A stretch of 63,564 bases of DNA, counting the filler, from Octopus bimaculoides (lineage: Eukaryota), in the NCBI RefSeq assembly GCF_001194135.2. It is 6 parts of 6 records of this genome, joined end to end, with 100 filler letters (N's around TTAATTAATTAA, not from the genome) between each part and the next. Parts side by side here need not be neighbours in the genome. Positions count along the whole stretch, not along the records: positions 50,636 to 52,590 come from NC_068992.1; positions 52,691 to 54,419 come from NW_026369345.1; positions 54,520 to 63,564 come from NC_068983.1; 3 more parts are not named here. The stretch is one strand, 5' to 3'. The position numbers and the translations under genes are program-made. The notes below the pieces were generated by a model that searched no databases, was not told where the DNA came from, and worked only from the letters and a program-made list of their open reading frames with translations. Each line of letters opens with the position of its first letter. Position 1 is the first letter of the stretch. Of the stretch, positions 50,637 through 62,653 are shown one piece after another.

Positions 50637-52590
50637 AGTCGATTATCAGAAAGAGAGAGTACTATCAGATCGATATCAGATCAGCGAAGTCAGATATCGG
50701 GAACAATGAGTATTCCCAGTTCAATAACGGACCGTCGAAGTGAAATATCTGAAAGAGCGAGTATTCCCAGTACAATGACGGATCAACGAAGTCGATTATC
50801 AGAAAGAGAGAGTACTATCAGATCGATATCAGATGGGCGAAGTCAGATATCGGGAACAATGAGTATTCCCAGTTCAATAACGGACCGTCGGAGTGAAGTA
50901 TCTGAAAGAGAGAGTATTCCCAGTACAATGACGGATCAACCAAGTCGATTATCAGAAAGAGAGAGTACTATCAGATCGATATCAGATCAGCGAAGTCAGA
51001 TATCGGGAACAACGAGTATTCCAAGTTCAACAAGTGTCCGTTGGAGTGACGTATCTGAAAGAGAGAGTATTCCCAGTACAATAGCAGATCAAAGAAGTCG
51101 ATTATCAGAAAGAGAGAGTACTATCAGATCAATATCAGATGAGCGAAGTCAGATATCGGGAAAAATGAGTATTCCCAGTTCAATGCACCATCAGAGTGAA
51201 ATATATAGAAGGGAGAGTACTCCGGGTACAATATCAGACGAACGAGGTCGATTATCAGAAAGAGAGAGTACTATCAGATCGGCATCAGTTCAAGAAAGTA
51301 AGATTTCTGAACAAATAAGTCTCCCCAGTTCAAGAACCGACCGGTGGAGTGAAATATCTGAAAGGGAGACGATACCCAGTACAATAATTGACCAAGGAAG
51401 TCGTTTATCAGAAAGAGAGAGTACTATCAGATCGATATCAGATGAACGAAGTCAGATATCGGGAACAATGAGTATTCCGAGTTCAATAAGAGACCGGTCG
51501 AGTGTGGTGTCTGAAAGGGCGGGTATAGTAAGTTTTATGCCTGACCAACGAAGTCGATTTTCAGAAAGAGAAATTACTGTCAGGTCGATAGCAGATCAAC
51601 GAAGTCAAATATCTGGAAGGTTGCATATTCCCAGTTCAGTATCAGGGTGGCAAAGTGAAGCAACTGAAAGAGAGAGTATTCCCAGTGCAATAGCAGACCA
51701 ACGAAGTCGATTATCAGAAAGAGGGGATACTATCAGATGGATATCAGATGAACGCATTCAAATACCTGAAAGACCGAGTATCTCTAGTTCAGTAACTGAA
51801 AGGAGGAGTGAAGTATATGAAAGAGCCCGTATTGCAAGTACGATGCCGGACCAACAAAGTCGATTATCAGAAAGAGAGAGTATTATTAGATCGATATACG
51901 ATCAGCGAAGTCGGATATCTAGAGCAATGAGTATTCCAAGTTCAATAAGTGATAAGCAGAGTGAAATATTTGAAAGGGCGAGTATTCCCAGTACAATAGA
52001 AGACCAAAAAAGTCGATTATCAGAAAGGGAAAGTTCAATCAGTTACATATCAGGTCCACGAAGTCAGATATCGGGAACAATGAGTATTCCCAGTTCAATA
52101 ACGGACCGTCGGAGTGAAATATCTGAAAGAGAGAGTATACCCAGTACAATCGCAGATCAACGAAGTCGATTATCAGAAAAAGAGAGTACTATCAGATCGA
52201 TATCAGATGGGCGAAGTCAGATATCGGGAACAATGAGTATTCCCAGCTCAATAACGGACCGTCGGACAGAAATGTCTGAAAGAGAAAGTATTCCCAGTAC
52301 AATGACGGGTCAACGAAGTCGATTATCAGAAAGAGAGAGTACTATCAGATCGATATCAGATGGGCGAAGTCAGATATCGGGAACAATGAGTATTCCCAGC
52401 TCAATAACGGACCGTCGGACCGAAATGTCTGAAAGAGAAAGTATTCCCAGTACAATGACGGATCAACGAAGTCGATTATCAGAAAGAGAGAGTACTATCA
52501 GATCGATATCAGATGGGCGAAGTCAGATATCGGGAACAATGAGTATTCCCAGTTCAATAACGGACCGTCGGAGTGAAGTATCTGAAAGAG
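50637..52590 (+). CDS. Partial coding exon of a Ser/Arg/Glu/Ile-rich tandem-repeat (probably disordered) protein; 51-aa unit made of three 17-aa subunits, 12 full units plus a partial 13th
   Basis: One open frame of 651 codons runs gap to gap. The other five frames hit stops in the repeat unit I translated. Unit: SRLSERESTIRSISDGR/SQISGTMSIPSSITDRR/SEVSERESIPSTMTDQR. Heavily diverged central units keep the frame, and the only indel seen is an in-frame 3-nt loss (SSMHHQ). Start, stop and splice sites are hidden in gaps. Confidence 0.8.
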
Positions 52591-52774
52591 NNNNNNNNNN
52601 NNNNNNNNNNNNNNNNNNNNNNNNNNNNNNNNNNTTAATTAATTAANNNNNNNNNNNNNNNNNNNNNNNNNNNNNNNNNNNNNNNNNNNNTACAGACAAC
52701 GGAACGAACACATAGGAAAACGGAAAGCCACCTGGAATATTCCTTCATCAGCTGTCTCTATTCGAACTAGACAT

Positions 52775-53035
52775 ATAATTTATTCTCGAACACAGAATAA
52801 TGCTGAACAACATAAACAGAATAGAACATCCATATATTGTAGAAAAATTTGTTTGCGGCCTGCCATGAAACTCGAGTTCAAATCTCTGGGATTGCCGGTC
52901 AAGTGCTTTACTTTTAAGCTAAACTGCCCACTGACAAATTCTTCTGCAATTTTTGAACTTATTAATTTAGTAATATATGGATGTTCTATTCTATTTAGGC
53001 TGTTCAGCATTATTCTACGTTTGAGAATAAATTAT
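52775..53035. mobile_element. MITE-like element with about 65-bp imperfect TIRs
   Basis: ataatttattctcgaacacagaataatgctgaac...catccatatatt matches the reverse complement of 52971-53035 with a handful of mismatches. Confidence 0.7.
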
Positions 53036-53107
53036 TTCCATATCTGTATATTTCAATACATCTTAACGCTTCTAAAAAAGCAAACTTTGTTTGATTACAT
53101 ATATCAT

Positions 53108-53428
53108 ACTTTGTGTTTCACATATAGCGTCTAGCATGACTTTGTGTTTCACATATAGCGTCTAGCATGACTTTGTGTTTCACATATAGCGTCTAGCATG
53201 ACTTTGTGTTTCACATATAGCGTCTAGCATGACTNNNNNNNNNNNNNNNNNNNNNNNNNNNNNNNNNNNNNNNNNNNNNNNNNNNNNNNNNNNNNNNNNN
53301 NNTACTTTGTGTTTCACATATAGCGTCTAGCATGACTTTGTGTTTCACATATAGCGTCTAGCATGACTTTGTGTTTCACATATAGCGTCTAGCATGACTT
53401 TGTGTTTCACATATAGCGTCTAGCATGA
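53108..53428. repeat. 31-bp perfect minisatellite (at least 8 copies, gap inside)
   Basis: Unit actttgtgtttcacatatagcgtctagcatg is repeated with no spacers and no visible variants. Confidence 0.9.
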
Positions 53429-53765
53429 CACCTTGAGCAACTGACTTCTCCTATAACTTCGGGTCGACAATACTTTGTGAAAAAATCTGGTACACTGAAA
53501 CTGCGTGGAATCCTGTAGTATTTTGTAAGTGTATGCGTCTTTGTGTTTGTATTTATCACAAAAGACAAAGCATTAGTGAATGAAGATAACATATAAGTTA
53601 GAAAGTGGGGCAGACAGAATAACAATGGAGGTACAAAAGACATTTTCTTTTAGCAATTAAAATATTTAAAGACACCACTAACACCGACAGTGTTATACTA
53701 TTGCGAGTAATAGCTAGCTTTGAAAGTATTACAAGTCTATATCTGTTCACAGTCACTTTTAATAG

Positions 53766-53792
53766 AAGGAAACTGAAACAACAGATGAAGAG
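53766..53792 (+). CDS. Candidate 27-nt symmetric microexon (KETETTDEE)
   Basis: cacttttaatag|AAG...GAG|gtaatg, phase 0-0, same strand as the repeat exon. An alternative acceptor at 53752 gives a 40-nt exon. Confidence 0.25.
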
Positions 53793-54519
53793 GTAATGAG
53801 TGGCAGTCCGAGACGTTAAATTTCGGTGAGGGAAAATGAAATTATAATAGTTAGGTTGGCTGGAGTAACAGACATTTTGATCAAAATGAAAATATTGAGA
53901 ATGAAGGTAAATGAGTACTTTTTACACAACAATATGTGATGTACAATCTTATACGTGCTTAAATTATCATACATTTGCTTTTACCTGTATTTTTTTTCTC
54001 CTATAACAATTATGCTGCATAGTGGTTTAGCGACTTTTTACTGCTACCGTTAAGCGTGTTAAGCTCTTCGTTTCTGTTCCTTTACGTAGAACATTGACTC
54101 TGGATTCGATGTGATATAGTTATTATTAGCATTGTTACATCGTTTGGACACTAAAGCATCTCTCCATGTCGTTTCTGTTTGCATTACAACCATCAACGCT
54201 AAACGTTTGTTACATATTCTAATCTTGACCAATAAATCCATCAGTATTAAGATTTTCACTCAGCCACAAATATGTACAAGACAATAAACACATGTTTTAT
54301 TAGTAGAGATACAATGACTTCATTCTTTTTTCTTTTTTCACCAATCCGAAGCTAACATATAGTTTCATAGCAAATTACTAGTTACAAGAAGCGTAAGAGA
54401 AAATGGAATTATTCTGTGTNNNNNNNNNNNNNNNNNNNNNNNNNNNNNNNNNNNNNNNNNNNNTTAATTAATTAANNNNNNNNNNNNNNNNNNNNNNNNN
54501 NNNNNNNNNNNNNNNNNNN

Positions 54520-54864
54520 CTTAGCTGATTATCCTCGACGCCTAGAGTTTCCCCGAGAACATCGTCACACTTTTCTCCCACTAACCCTCTATAGAACGCT
54601 AGAGTGGAGCTACTACCGATCGCACTGCCCGCCTGACTGAGGGCGGTGAGAGCTTGGCGGCACTCGAGGTGCCAAGCGCCCTTTCTCGGTCTACGTTTGA
54701 TCCAGGATTGCAGCTCTGTTAAAGAAACGAGCTGCGGAAAATCGCGTCTGACGAAAGGCGACCACACCTGTTCACCGTCCACGAAACGCTTGAGATGTCG
54801 TAGCCTGAGCGCATGTTTGCGCATCAGCAACCACGGCATGCCAAGGCCTCCGTTCAGCAGCTGT
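54520..54864 (-). mobile_element. Second copy of the same L1/Tx1-like family (post-RT region)
   Basis: GLGMPWLLMRKHALRLRHLKRFVDGEQVWSPFVRRDFPQLVSLTELQSWIK aligns by eye with 32915-33200. Confidence 0.8.
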
Positions 54865-55035
54865 TAATAATGACAGTTTTTATAAGCCGAGAATGAAACC
54901 CGATTCTAACATTTGTATAAGACAGTCGTTTGTTTTCCATTTGTATTGTTTTCTCTCAAAATATATTCTCTCCTGTGCATGACAGCTTGTGTGTGTGAGT
55001 GTGTGTCTGTATCTGTGCATGTATATATGTTTGTG

Positions 55036-55078
<43 letters not shown>

Positions 55079-56379
55079 GGTTTAAAAATTACATAGAAGG
55101 ACGACAAAGGAACGCAGAAAAATCATACACAAGACGTGGACATGCTCTCCCCTCATCAGTTATCGTCCTAAAATCATAACAGTTTCGTTACTTTAACGGT
55201 AAGGTTGTTTATTTTGTTGGCGTCAACAACAAAATACTGTTGGAAATATATGTATGTATGCGCGCTATATTTTCTGATGATAATTTTAGTAACAAAAATA
55301 TACTTCCAAAGTCGATTAATACTCTCGTAAATATGTAAACACCCCAAAAAACCTTGGTTCTTGATATCAACCAGTATATTCCTATTTCCGCCTTAAAACA
55401 TGAATTCAGTAAATTATTGTCAATAACGAGCGGAAATGATTTTTTTTTTATCTTGAAATATCTTCCTCGTCAGAGATGCCATAAAATCGTCAGTGGAACC
55501 GAAGTAAACAGACGTTATGAGGTTTAAATCTAGAAATGACATCCAAAGACTCAGTGTACGCAATTGAAACAGCATTAAATCAAAATGGACATTTGTATAG
55601 CATACTAAAAGTTATAGAGCAATAGAATTGCTTAAAGTAAAATCTCTTCATAGAAATATTGTGTTAGAAGCACAATAGACATCCGAACGAGACGAGCATT
55701 GGCATTGTAGTGATTCACGAGAATGACGGCCCGTTTCGCCGTTATCAAGGCTTGTCAATGACATGCACCCGTTTGTCACTTGCTTAAACGAAATTTGTGC
55801 CTCGAGATATAGGAAAGATTGAACAATGCATACATTGGTATAGAACAATGCATACAATGGTATAGTGGAAGCTTGCCGGGCTGCAAAATTCGTTTTTCCC
55901 ATGAGTTCCGGAAACCAGATATGAACTCGTTTGCATACAGCCAATCAGAGCTCAACTATCAAACTAGTGTCCACCTAACCACGAAAATACACCGGTTGAA
56001 TTCAGTGGAAAATGTGCGTTATAGCAAAATCTAACTGTTCTAAACAGGTTAATAGGGGTGACAAATGTGAAACTTAGTGTATAAAGTGAATGGAGAGCTG
56101 CTCACCGATGATGCCGTAAGTGTTGCCAATTTGTATTATTTACTAGAAAACGTAAATGAGTGTAGTTTTCTAATTTTTTGACTGATTTTGTACATTCCTA
56201 ATTTAAAATGTTGGTGTTGATCTGGGAACATCGTAATCAATATGGCGTTGTGTCGTATTGCTCCCTCCTTGCATATATCAATGAGTACATGCAGTATTAT
56301 TAATCTCAGTCTGAGCATAAGTACCTAATGTTAGCTCCATATAGAGACAGTGCTCAATTTATCTATGAGGATGGTGGGC

Positions 56380-56510
56380 TTTTTTCAGTTTCTTTCTACC
56401 AAGTCCACTCAGAAGGCTTTGGTCGGCCCGAGGTTATAGTAGAAGATAGTGGGACTGAACCCAGAACCATGTGATTGGGAATCAAACTTCTTACCACACA
56501 GCTACGCCTC
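56380..56510 (-). mobile_element. SINE family A 5' fragment
   Basis: gggactgaacccagaaccatgtg...ttcttaccacacagctacgcc. Confidence 0.7.
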
Positions 56511-58495
56511 AACCAATGAAGAGATATTTTTCATCTCAAACAATTTCATAGATTCATGTCTTTTTAAGGTGTATATACATTTAATATGATACATAAATGG
56601 CGATCTCAATTTAACGATGTTTCAATTACCCACACCGAGTTTTCCTACCACCCGGCAAGTTTCCACTATACTGGCGTTGACAAGTGGCAATGAAGGTGAA
56701 AAGTCATTGCAGCGGCGATGTTCGTCTCGCTCCGCTGTATATTGCGTTTTTAACACAAGTCCGTGAGGATAGATTTTATCTCAGCCAATCCCACAACCCC
56801 ATGTCTTCTAATGGTGTGTTACATTTAATATGATACACTGATGAAGGTTTTAACATCGATATGTTCTTGAAAAAATAAGCGTATTTTTCATCGTCCCAGT
56901 CAATTAAGGTTTCATTATTATCAAGATCCCAAATTCGCTAAGTCTTTGTTTTCCAATAGCACTTATCCCACAATATTGTAAATTGATCAGAGCCGTAGGC
57001 AGGTTAGGAGGAACGAGCACATAAACAAAGCCAACGTGACACATACCAAACAATCTTTAACTCATTTCTCTTATATTTCATTAGTTGTAATATAGGTAAT
57101 TGTAGGATCTTTTTTAAAACAGGGGCCACATTTTTCATTAACGAAACACTTTGAAACTTGGAACACTGGTAGAATGTGTCATATAAAACATCTTTTTCTC
57201 TTAGTCTTCTTAAAAAAAAAAAGAAATCCCTAAGTTATTCCATGTTAAAGTTGTCGTATTTCTGTAATTTCAACCAATCACTGACGTCCATTCAGTCGAT
57301 ATACATTAAGTGCCGACTACATAAACAAACGATTCTGAAACAATTCTATCGGTGATAAAATTATTATTTCCTTGTCAAAAAATGGCTGAAGCATATTGGC
57401 AGTAGCTAATAAACCTTTNNNNNNNNNNNNNNNNNNNNNNNNNNNNNNNNNNNNNNNNNNNNNNNNNNNNNNNNNNNNNNNNNNNNNNNNNNNNNNNNNN
57501 NNNNNNNNNNNNNNNNNNNNNNNNNNNNNNNNNNNNNNNNNNNNNNNNNNNNNNNNNNNNNNNNNNNNNNNNNNNNNNNNNNNNNNNNNNNNNNNNNNNN
57601 NNNNNNNNNNNNNNNNNNNNNNNNNNNNNNNNNNNNNNNNNNNNNNNNNNNNNNNNNNNNNNNNNNNNNNNNNNNNNNNNNNNNNNNNNNNNNNNNNNNN
57701 NNNNNNNNNNNNNNNNNNNNNNNNNNNNNNNNNNNNNNNNNNNNNNNNNNNNNNNNNNNNNNNNNNNNNNNNNNNNNNNNNNNNNNNNNNNNNNNNNNNN
57801 NNNNNNNNNNNNNNNNNNNNNNNNNNNNNNNNNNNNNNNNNNNNNNNNNNNNNNNNNNNNNNNNNNNNNNNNNNNNNNNNNNNNNNNNNNNNNNNNNNNN
57901 NNNNNNNNNNNNNNNNNNNNNNNNNNNNNNNNNNNNNNNNNNNNNNNNNNNNNNNNNNNNNNNNNNNNNNNNNNNNNNNNNNNNNNNNNNNNNNNNNNNN
58001 NNNNNNNNNNNNNNNNNNNNNNNNNNNNNNNNNNNNNNNNNNNNNNNNNNNNNNNNNNNNNNNNNNNNNNNNNNNNNNNNNNNNNNNNNNNNNNNNNNNN
58101 NNNNNNNNNNNNNNNNNNNNNNNNNNNNNNNNNNNNNNNNNNNNNNNNNNNNNNNNNNNNNNNNNNNNNNNNNNNNNNNNNNNNNNNNNNNNNNNNNNNN
58201 NNNNNNNNNNNNNNNNNNNNNNNNNNNNNNNNNNNNNNNNNNNNNNNNNNNNNNNNNNNNNNNNNNNNNNNNNNNNNNNNNNNNNNNNNNNNNNNNNNNN
58301 NNNNNNNNNNNNNNNNNNNNNNNNNNNNNNNNNNNNNNNNNNNNNNNCCGATCTGTGTGTACGCTCGAGTGTGCTTGTATGTGTGTGTACGTATATATAT
58401 GTATGAATGTATGTACGTTTGCATGTGTATATATATGTATGTATGTATGTATATGTATGTATATATGTATGTATGTATGTATGTATGTAGGTATC

Positions 58496-58529
<34 letters not shown>

Positions 58530-58537
58530 TGAATGTT

Positions 58538-58572
<35 letters not shown>

Positions 58573-58623
58573 TTATATACATATATATGTACATACATAC
58601 ACATATATATATACATACACACA

Positions 58624-58659
<36 letters not shown>

Positions 58660-58696
58660 TGTATGAATGTTTGTATATATATATATATATATATAT

Positions 58697-58727
<31 letters not shown>

Positions 58728-59480
58728 NNNNNNNNNNNNNNNNNNNNNNNNNNNNNNNNNNNNNNNNNNNNNNNNNNNNNNNNNNNNNNNNNNNNNNNNN
58801 NNNNNNNNNNNNNNNNNNNNNNNNNNNNNNNNNNNNNNNNNNNNNNNNNNNNNNNNNNNNNNNNNNNNNNNNNNNNNNNNNNNNNNNNNNNNNNNNNNNN
58901 NNNNNNNNNNNNNNNNNNNNNNNNNNNNNNNNNNNNNNNNNNNNNNNNNNNNNNNNNNNNNNNNNNNNNNNNNNNNNNNNNNNNNNNNNNNNNNNNNNNN
59001 NNNNNNNNNNNNNNNNNNNNNNNNNNNNNNNNNNNNNNNNNNNNNNNNNNNNNNNNNNNNNNNNNNNNNNNNNNNNNNNNNNNNNNNNNNNNNNNNNNNN
59101 NNNNNNNNNNNNNNNNNNNNNNNNNNNNNNNNNNNNNNNNNNNNNNNNNNNNNNNNNNNNNNNNNNNNNNNNNNNNNNNNNNNNNNNNNNNNNNNNNNNN
59201 NNNNNNNNNNNNNNNNNNNNNNNNNNNNNNNNNNNNNNNNNNNNNNNNNNNNNNNNNNNNNNNNNNNNNNNNNNNNNNNNNNNNNNNNNNNNNNNNNNNN
59301 NNNNNNNNNNNNNNNNNNNNNNNNNNNNNNNNNNNNNNNNNNNNNNNNNNNNNNNNNNNNNNNNNNNNNNNNNNNNNNNNNNNNNNNNNNNNNNNNNNNN
59401 NNNNNNNNNNNNNNNNNNNNNNNNNNNNNNNNNNNNNNNNNNNNNNNNNNNNNNNNNNNNNNNNNNNNNNNNNNNNNNNN

Positions 59481-59555
<75 letters not shown>

Positions 59556-60525
59556 GTATATGTGTGTGCGCGTGCGTGTGTATTTGGGCGTGACCTTAAA
59601 ATTCGTCAAGTCATCGAACGAGGAATAAAGAAAACCGCGTGTCACCAAAAACACTTGCAACCTGAGATCCTTCAATGATTACGAGAATCTACCGCTTCTA
59701 AAATTAACTTTGTCATTCTGTAACTTTGTAAGCGATGAATATAGCTGGATGGTTAAGAAGACGCTTCACAATCACAAGGTCACGCATTCGATCGCACTGC
59801 ATAGCCTCGTGGGTACCATGTTTGATAGCATTGAAGACGAACTTTATTACAACATGCTTTTTTTCCCCAACATTCTCAATTAGAACGTGAAAGCTCGGTT
59901 AATAACATAGATCTTAAGATATTGTCAACACATAGAACAGACACGACACTTAGACAGATTACTGAGGCCATATACATTAGTAGTAGACAGACCAAGCCCA
60001 ACATAAAACATGACTGGAATAACACCCTTCCACTCCACCACACTAGACAACCTGCGACTAAATGAGAGAAAAAATAGACAGATACAAACAGTATAAAACA
60101 TAAACCCAAATGCACACACACACACACACTTACACAACACACGGACACATATTAAAGACGGAATGAGAAAGAAAAGCAAAAGCAAACAAAGAAAACAAAT
60201 AAATAACTAAATAAACAGATAAATAAAATAACTAAATAAAAGACTCTGGATCAAACAGTGTAGTAAGTAAACTCATATACACGCACATAAAACATACCAA
60301 CAGAGACATGCACGCACGCACACACGCACGCAAGCGCGCGCACACACACATACAGGCGTATACGAGTGCGCAGATAAGGATACATACCACAGAAAAACAG
60401 AATGGACTAAGTAGAACAAGAGACACGTGGAATGAAGAGTCACTGAAGAGGTCACAGAGAGTGTGACAAAAGAGCTTTGAGAAGAAACAACAACAACAAC
60501 AACAACCATAATAATGATAATAATG

Positions 60526-60587
<62 letters not shown>

Positions 60588-60590
<3 letters not shown>

Positions 60591-60960
60591 AGCATTCAAA
60601 GAGCGCAAACCTCCGCCAAGGCAACACTAACGTCCTCTCAGCGATTAGCCGGAGATGATTTTAAAATGAGAATAACTGCTCTCACAAACGAGAATACTGA
60701 AAATGAACCCAACCGCTCTCAAAAATTAAGTAAAAGACAGGAAAAATAATCTAGAATCCTTGTCCGGTACCGGATCGATCCCAAAATCTAATCAGTTCGT
60801 GCCAGTCACAAGGCCAAACATCCCTGAAAGTTCCATCCAAATTTATCCAGTGCTTCTTGAGATATCTTGTCTGCGGACAAATAAACAAACAAATAAACGC
60901 GACTGAAAACAATACCTCCGCCTTCGCTAAGCTGGTGGTGGTGGCGGTGGTGGTGGTAAT
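60588..60960 (-). mobile_element. HINE/DINE-1-like non-autonomous Helentron-associated element
   Basis: Minus strand: degraded 5' subTIR hairpin (...gcttagcgaaggcggaggta), (TTTG/TTTA) microsatellite, internal palindrome tccggtaccgga, 3' subTIR ggcggaggt, then stem-loop gcgctc-ttt-gaatgc. Inserted in (TAT)n. Confidence 0.55.
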
Positions 60961-61504
60961 GATGATGGTGACCACTCCATCCACCACACTCGTGGTGGTT
61001 GAGGTGGTACTAAAGACGATAAGGATGATAATAAAACCACACATTTCTTTCTCTTTTTCTTTTTTTCTACCGAAATGTTAAGGAGTGATTAAGGAGAGAC
61101 TTGGCTGCTATTTGCAATGGAATTTTTGCAAATTCATCCCAAGTGGGATTTGAACGCAGAAATACGATCACCGAAGTTGATGTGGAACAACAAACTCAAC
61201 CCTTAACTAATCTCTTAACTAATCTGTCTGCAACAAATAAAAACCGATTCTTTAATATTTTGTGAATTTACAGTGAAATTAAAATTAACCACCCTAAGCA
61301 GGATTTGAAAGCAGAACTACGGTAACTAAAGTAGATGTCCTGAAACCCCAAACTGAACCTTCTCTTATCTCTGTGACATACAAACACCAAGAAGCTTAAT
61401 ACTTTGTGGGATAATTAGCTGCCGCCTTTCTAAAAGGGCCCTTATTTCCACCAAAGCTTGGTTTTGTGGAGAGAAGAAAAGCTGGAAACAGTATCGACAG
61501 GCCT

Positions 61505-61822
61505 AGTCTATCTTTACTGATTGTTTGTTCCTTCTCGAGCCATGCTTGGCTCATAAGGGCCGGTTTCCCGGTTTCCTTGGCGTATAGGTTCCCCACCTGG
61601 ACGGGACACCGGTCCGTCGCAGGTGAGCTGCAAGATGCAGGAGGAAAGAGCGAGAGAAAGTTGTGGCGAAAGAGTCAGCAGAAGTTCGCCGTTACCTTCT
61701 GCCGGAGCCGCGTGAAGCTTAGGTGTTTCGCTCATAAACACACTTATTGCCCGGTCTGAGATTCGAACCCGCGATCCCTCGATAGCGAGTCCGCTGCTCT
61801 AACCACTAGGCCATGTGCATCT
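61505..61822 (-). mobile_element. tRNA-derived SINE sharing the family D head but with a different 3' module
   Basis: The first ~190 nt match 28064-28255, then the sequence switches to cctgcgacggaccggtgtcccgtccagg...ggaaaccgggaaaccggccc. Confidence 0.75.
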
Positions 61823-61854
61823 ACAATTTTTACTGATTACGTATGTGTCAAATT

Positions 61855-62052
61855 TTGACACACGGCCGGCAATTTCAGAGGAGGGTGTAAGTCGATTAGA
61901 TCGACCCAGTGTCCAATTGGTACCAATTTTCTCGATCCCGAAAGAATGAATAGCAAAGTTGACCTCGGCGGAATTTGAACTCAGAACATTAAGACGGACG
62001 ACATGCCGCTAAATATATTGTCCAGCGTGCTAACGATTCTACCAGCACGCCA
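61855..62052 (-). mobile_element. SINE family B copy
   Basis: Reverse-complement match to the family B head and core. Confidence 0.75.
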
Positions 62053-62653
62053 TCTTGATAACTATTATAATATTAATTTGAAGAACTGTAGTATCCTCTT
62101 TTTTCGGCTAAAAAAAAAGGTCAAAACATAGCAACTTTATTTGTACATCAAATAGTGCAGTATATTTTAATGTGACCTTTAAATTCATTGACAAATTGGT
62201 ACACTCTGGAAATATAGAAATAAAATTACTAAGTAGAAAGATATAAACAAAAAGAAAAATTAGACAGAAATAGAAAAATGCAAGACTGCCACGAACAATA
62301 ATAATAATAATGGTTCCTGCAGGTGGTGTGAAATATTCGGTTTTAGCAGAGAAGCTGTAGCGTCGACGTAATACATAATTGACCAAATGTCAACATGTCA
62401 TACACAAAGCGACAATAACATCGTTAGGAAATGATGTTGATAGTAAAACTGGGTTAATTACTAATCTAGGACTTTTTACATAGGGGACAGCATGAAAGAT
62501 TATTTTAAGGAAGTGGGTTTTTTTAACTTTGTTTTTTTCTTTGTTATTTTGCTTTTGTTTACATGAAGTGCACGCAGGCGCAGAACAGCGAGAATTCAAA
62601 CAAAAACGTATAATTTTCTTTTTTTCTTTTTTCACTTTTAATTCGTTCTGCAG

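Larger units (their letters stand above)
18010..54519. other. Five artificial 100-bp linkers N44-TTAATTAATTAA-N44 (cores at 18054, 42095, 50580, 52635, 54464)
   Basis: Each is an identical 12-mer palindrome with stops in all six frames, centred in a fixed-size N block. Not biological. Confidence 0.9.

Noticed and set aside
50637-52590. Reflectin or non-coding satellite interpretation
   Set aside because: It lacks the Met/Asp/Tyr reflectin motif, and frame preservation in diverged units argues against a neutral satellite.
52710-52760. Hammerhead core CTGATGA-aggaatattcc on the minus strand
   Set aside because: No GAAA follows stem II and no stems I/III can be formed.
52780-53134. ORFs 52780-53010 (-) and 52853-53134 (+)
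   Set aside because: Both lie in or across the MITE-like inverted repeat and have no recognisable motif.
53108-53428. CRISPR-like 31-bp repeats
   Set aside because: The copies are contiguous with no spacers, in a eukaryotic context with no cas genes.
56048-56115. Exon with acceptor ctaaacag and donor gtaagt
   Set aside because: All three frames contain stops. It could only be UTR or non-coding, and the nearby CCAAT box alone is not enough support.
259-60749. Many listed ORFs rich in YI/HT/CV, poly-I, poly-L, poly-N or X
   Set aside because: They are translations of microsatellites or N gaps, which lack stops by construction.
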